Of a stretch of 64,000 bases of DNA, positions 58,798 through 64,000 are shown piece after piece. Position numbers and translations under genes: made by a program. The notes under the pieces were generated by a model that was not told the DNA's origin, made no database searches, and saw nothing but the letters and a program-made list of their open reading frames with translations. This stretch comes from Scyliorhinus canicula (lineage: Eukaryota), in contig NC_052163.1 of NCBI RefSeq assembly GCF_902713615.1, forward strand, positions 42,456,878 to 42,520,877. Direction: 5' to 3'. How positions within the stretch are numbered: position 1 is the stretch's first letter; every line of letters starts with the position of its first letter.

Positions 58798-61285
58798 ATA
58801 TTTGCACTTAAGACAATGAAAAAAACATTGAGCTTGGATTATCTTAAATTGTTTTGGTAGGTAGAGGATTTTAAGAGGGTTCTAATAGGTAAAAGAGGAG
58901 CCATGAGAAGAAAGACCTGTCATTCTAAAACTATTTTTGCTATTATCAGGGGGGGAGGGGGGAGGGGCATTGGATTGGCACCTGGATCTATTTTCATTGG
59001 GTCTGGGAGATTGAATACGACATGGACCTGCTCGATGTTTCCTGGTTTGGGACTCACAGAACAACTCTGCCCCTAAGTTGGCAACCTCGCTGTCAGAGGA
59101 CAGTAAGGATCTGCTCTTTTGAAGAGTAAAACACAACACTGAAAATCTCTAACTGGATGTGCCGGAAACTAATGCTGGAATGCTTGATATTGGTTTTCTC
59201 TAAAATCGGTTTGTGATTCTTATCACAGCAGTTTCATTATTTACCTTGGGTGAATGCAGAAAATGCAGGTAATTTATAAGTAACTTGATTGTGTAACACT
59301 GGATGTAATACTTGGTAAGAAATAGTCCACCTGCTGTATCATTAACACTAATGGAAATTTAGCCAAAATGCTTTTGAATGTAGAAAAATCCTTTCAGAAA
59401 ATTGCCCTGCTATGTTCTTGCCTGACATTTGTTGCTACCTATTTCTGCTCTGGCAGAGCAATGAACCATCTCCGATCCAGAACAAATGACAAAATCATGA
59501 AAAGCAATTCACTCAGGGGAGTTAGACAGACCATCAGAGTTACATTTAGTGAGCTTATCTGCACACTAGAGTGCCATTAAAACCTGTTTTTATACTGGTT
59601 ATGACTTTTTTTTGTTGGAGGACCAAAAGTTTGCATCATGGCTTGTATTTTGCAGTCAGTGGTGAAGTGACCACACTCACTGCTATCCACAAAGATCTAG
59701 TGAACACTGTGGCATGAATTACACCTTTGCCAACATTAATTTAGTTCAAGTGACAAATGTTGGGGATACATGGTGGCCAGCAGCAGCGATATTGCTAAGT
59801 AGCCAATCAGAGTGCAGACTTCCTACAGACAGCAAACCAGGAAGTAACCCAGCAATTTTAAAAAATCATTCACTCTTTTTTATTTTATAGAAAGCAAAAT
59901 GAAGATTAGGATATTTACATTGGATAATATATAAGTTAAAGCATACTTAATTTAACAAGTAATTATTTTTTTTAATCTATTGAATTTTAATCATCATGGA
60001 GGAATTTGACATGCCACAAATATAAAGTTTGTTTATCAGGACTAGAGAACTTAAACAGTAATTATGACTTTGTACACCATTGAGAAACCCAGTTGCACCT
60101 CATTCAACAAGGCATAACTTTTTTCAAGGGTGCTACCAGTGAAACTAATAGCATTAAAAGTTTATGTTCTTGTCAATTCAAGTGATTTCTAAGATTTCAA
60201 GTTGTCAGAACTTCAAAGCATACCCTGTGGAAGCGTGTAGGAATCCTAACAACAATTTTTGTGTTTAATTTGCATGTACACTGCCAGAAACTGCTGTCAC
60301 AATTTTGCTATCATTACAACTGCAAAGTCTGAACCAATATGACAAAACAATGGCTTAGTGTGCCAACCCATTGCACCACACACTGGAAGTATTCAGCTTT
60401 ATGTCAAATTGGTCATTGTGTAAGCAACCTGATATTAACTTGCTCATGAACTCATTGACACTGATAACTTGGAGACAGTTGCTGATGGCACTGACCTCTG
60501 AAGGCTGCCTGTTTGGGACAGTGTTGGGAGAAGCAATCAGAAACATAAAGCTCAACTGGGTGAGAGGAGAGCCCAAATAAAATAGAGGCCAGTGAATTAT
60601 ACACCTTCTCAGCCCACTGTCTTCCTCTGTAGTCAATGTGGCAAAGACTACCATTCCAGAGTCGGACTCTTGAGCTACACCAGGTGATGCTTAACTCAGA
60701 GTTGGCCATCACATTGCAAGCCATCATTGTATGAGACAGAAGGCTGACGCAATGAGTAAAGGCAGATTCTAATTCACAAATTTATCAGAAGTAAGCTGAG
60801 TAAAACATCTATACTCAATAAAATCAACTTTCACAGGAGCTGTTATATTTTAAAGGCAACTTTTATATTTATTAAAATGATTCATTGTATCTTTTATAAA
60901 TCTTACACAATTGGTAGTTTTATTATTGTGCTTAACCTTTGGCCTCAACTGTAACAATAGACATTGGATAAGAAAACCTTACCATAGAATAGATAGCTAC
61001 GTTATATGATTGACCAGTGACACAAAACATTAGAATCAATACATTTTTGCTGGAATGCGCAGTCTAAACTCTATTACTTTCCCTCTTCTCTCCCTCCCCC
61101 ACCATTATTTGAGATAGCTGTGAATTTAGTTCCCCAATAAATATAATGTATTGAACAGAAAAAAATACTGTAAATACTGAAGGAATTGGAATTCATTTCT
61201 TTGAAAATTAATATTTACTAAATGTTCTAACATTTGACTCACCGGGTTGTTAAAATTGAGTGTGATGGTATTCCATTTTGCTCTG

Positions 61286-64000
61286 TGATTCACTATCAAT
61301 TATGATGAGACGAGAATAGAGAGTAATCGAGGCTTTATTATGCAGAGATGTGTGGCCTCCTACAGCTGCTGCCGAAATGGCTGCAGCTCGGTGAGCACAC
61401 ACATTTATACTCCGCCTACTGGGCGGAGCCAGCAGGCAGGGTTCTACCCCCATACCTGTAGTACAGGAGCCTTACTGTATTACCTCTTATACGTGCACTA
61501 TATACAACAGTGGTGATTACCACATTCACCCCTGTTAAAAAAGAGTCCGGCGGGGGTGGTGGAAAACTATTTACATGTAATTGAGCATTTTTTTAAAAAG
61601 TGTACAGTTCTGGAAAAGTTCACAAAATCAGCCGGTCGGGTTCCTTGATCCTCCGTTGTGAGCGCCGCAGTCCCGATGGCGATGCAGGCCCCGGCGTGGT
61701 CGCCGGTGACTCCGGGAGCATGTAGTCCTCATCTTCATCCCAGGGTGGAACCAATGGGAGGACAGATCGTCCTGGAGCAGGGGCTATGGTGCGGTGTGCT
61801 GGGCAGGGGATGGGTGGCAACGGGGAAGTTGGGGGGGGGGGGGGGAACCCCGCTGGTGCCATGTCCCTGAGGGAGACTGTGTCTTGGCGACCGTCAGGGT
61901 ATGCCACGCAGGCATACTGCGGGTTTGCACGGAGTAGTTGTACCCTCTCGACCAATGGGTCCGCCATGTGGAGCCGCACGTGTTTGCGGAGGACAGGTCC
62001 TGGAGCTGCCAGCCACGTTGGGAGCGAAAGGCGGAGGTGGACTTCCAGGGGAAGGCAAGGAGACATTCATGGGGGGTTGCATTAGTCGCAGTGCAAAGTA
62101 GCGATCAGATGGAGTGGAGGTCGTCGGGGAGGACCTCCTGCCAGCGGGAGACTGGGAGATATTTAGACCGTAGGGACAGCAGGACAGCCTTCCAGACCAT
62201 CCATTCTCCCTCTCCACCTGCCCGTTTCCCCGGGGGTTGCAGCTGGTCGTCCTGCTCGAGGCAATGCCCTTGCTGAGCAGGAGCTGACGCAGCTCATCAC
62301 TCATAAAGGAGGATCCTCGGTCGCTGTGGACGTAAGCGGGGAAGCCGAACAGAGTGAAGATGGTATTGAGGGCCTTGATGACTGTGGCAGACGTCATTTC
62401 GGGGCATGGAATGACGAAGGGGAATCTGGAGTATTCATCGACCACGTTAAGGAAGTACGTGTTTCTGAAGTGCGGTTTGCACTCCGCGCAGACCTGGCAG
62501 TCTTTGGTGACCGCCCTGACTTCCGCAATGGAGTAGGGTAGGTTACGGGCCTTTATGAAGTGAAAGAACTGGGTGACAGAGACCATCGTGTAGGGCCTGG
62601 AGTAGGTCCACTTGTGTGCTGGCACATGTACCTCGGGATAGGGCGTCGGGGGGCTCGTTGAGCTTACCGGGGCGATATAAAATCTCGTAATTGTCGGTGG
62701 AGAGCTCGATCCTCCACCTCAAGATTTTATCATTTTTGATCTTGCCCCGCTGTGTGTTATTGAACATGAAGGCAACCGACCGTTGGTCAGTGAGGAGAGT
62801 AAATCTCCTGCCGGCCAGGTAATGCCTCCAATGCCGCACAGCTTCAGCGATAGCTTGGGCCTCCTTTTCGACGGAGGAGTGCCGAATTTCAGAGGCGTGG
62901 AGGGTGCCACGGGTCTGCCTGCCTGGTTGAGGGTGGCGGCTAGAGCAACGTCTGATGCATCGCTCTCCACTTGAAAGGCGAGCGTCTCGTTGACCGCGTG
63001 CATCGCGGCCTTGGCGATGACAGCCTCGATACAGTTGAAGGCATGGTGAGCCTCGGCCGTCAGGGGGAAAGCTGCGGATTGAATGAGTGGACGGGCCTTG
63101 TCCGCATAGTTAGGGACCCACTGGGCATAGTATGAGAAGAACCCCAGGCATCGTTTGAGGGCCTTGGGGCAGGGGGGGTGCATGCGATCGGGGTCGGGCC
63201 CTAGAACTCCATTTTGCACCACATAGTCAAGGATGGCTAAGCGGTTGGTGCTGAACACGCACTTCTCCTTGTTATACGTCAGGTTCAGGAGTTTGGTGGT
63301 GTGGAGAAATTTGGAAAGGTTAGCGTTGTGGTCCTGCTGGTCGTGGCCGCAGATGGTGACGTTATCCAGGTATGGGAAGGTGGCCCGCAGTCCGTACCGG
63401 TTAACCATTCGGTCCATCTCCCGTTGGAAGACTGAGACCCTGTTAGTGATGCCAAAGGGGACCCTAAGAAGTGGTAAAGGCTGCCGTCTGCTTCAAACGC
63501 CATATATTGGGGGTCCGCCTTGCAGATGGGGAGCTGGTGGTAGGCAGATTTCAGGTCCACTGTAGAGAAGACCCGGTACTGTGCAATCTGATTGACCATA
63601 TCAGATATGCGTGGGGGGGGGGGGGGTACGCGTCGTGCTGCGTGTACCGATTGATGGTCTGACTGTAGTCAATGACCATCCTGTGTTTCTCCCCAGTCTT
63701 TACAACTACCACTTGGGCTCTCCAGGGGCTGTTGCTGGCCTCAATGATGCCTTCCCACAGCAGCCGCTGGACCTCCGACCTAATGAAGGTCCTGTCCTGG
63801 GCACTGTACCGTCTTATCCTGGTGGTGACTGGTTTGCAATCCGGGGTGAGGTTCGCAAACAGGGAAGGTGGGTCGACCTTAAGGTTCGTGAGGCCGCACA
63901 CAGTAAGGGGTGGTAGGGACCCACCGAATTTCAGGTTCACGCTTTGGAGGTTGCACTGGAATCCAGGCCGAGTAGCAAGGCAGCGCAGAGGTTGGAGAGG
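61286..64000 (-). mobile_element. Second Gypsy (Mag-like) element: 3' LTR 61286-61524 and pol running off the window
   Basis: RT SNSPWRAQVVVV, FPYLDNV; RNase H VESDAS; integrase VVDEYSRF, HSDRGSSF, GQVEREN; PPT CAGGGGTGAA before TGTGGT. The LTR sequence differs from the 39.5 kb element; left LTR boundary approximate. Confidence 0.92.

Noticed and set aside
60350-60730. Short overlapping ORFs with coding-like composition
   Set aside because: No identifiable motif or splice signals; probably a decayed repeat that I cannot classify.

Overview
Vertebrate genomic DNA, almost certainly shark. The HE1/V-SINE-type SINEs, CR1/HER1 LINEs and Penelope-like elements point to a catshark-like genome (inference). 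Host genes: the 5' end of MYCBPAP on the - strand (coding exon 1 at 6051-6111, exon 2 at 1349-1476, two RFX X-box-like motifs upstream), and MFSD6L on the + strand (uninterrupted 637-aa CDS at 21118-23031, CpG-island promoter at ~17.7-18.4 kb with three ATCACGTGCT E-boxes, probable non-coding first exon and long 3' UTR). A third CpG-rich promoter or first exon of an unidentified gene may lie at ~57 kb. Most of the rest is nested transposons: L1/Tx1-like, CR1, Rex1/Babar-like and L2-type LINEs; about 30 tRNA-headed SINEs with three different tails; three Gypsy elements (two with a YLDN RT motif); and solo LTRs, MITEs and minisatellites. The most notable structures are the fold-back Penelope elements with paired hammerhead-type motifs (33.2-34.6 kb and a 207-bp hairpin at 37.8-38.0 kb), the SINE tails that match different LINEs, a CR1 with a SINE in its 3' UTR, and in-frame alternative splice sites in MYCBPAP. 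All identifications come from reading the sequence and recalled family knowledge; no searches were run, and many repeat boundaries are approximate.
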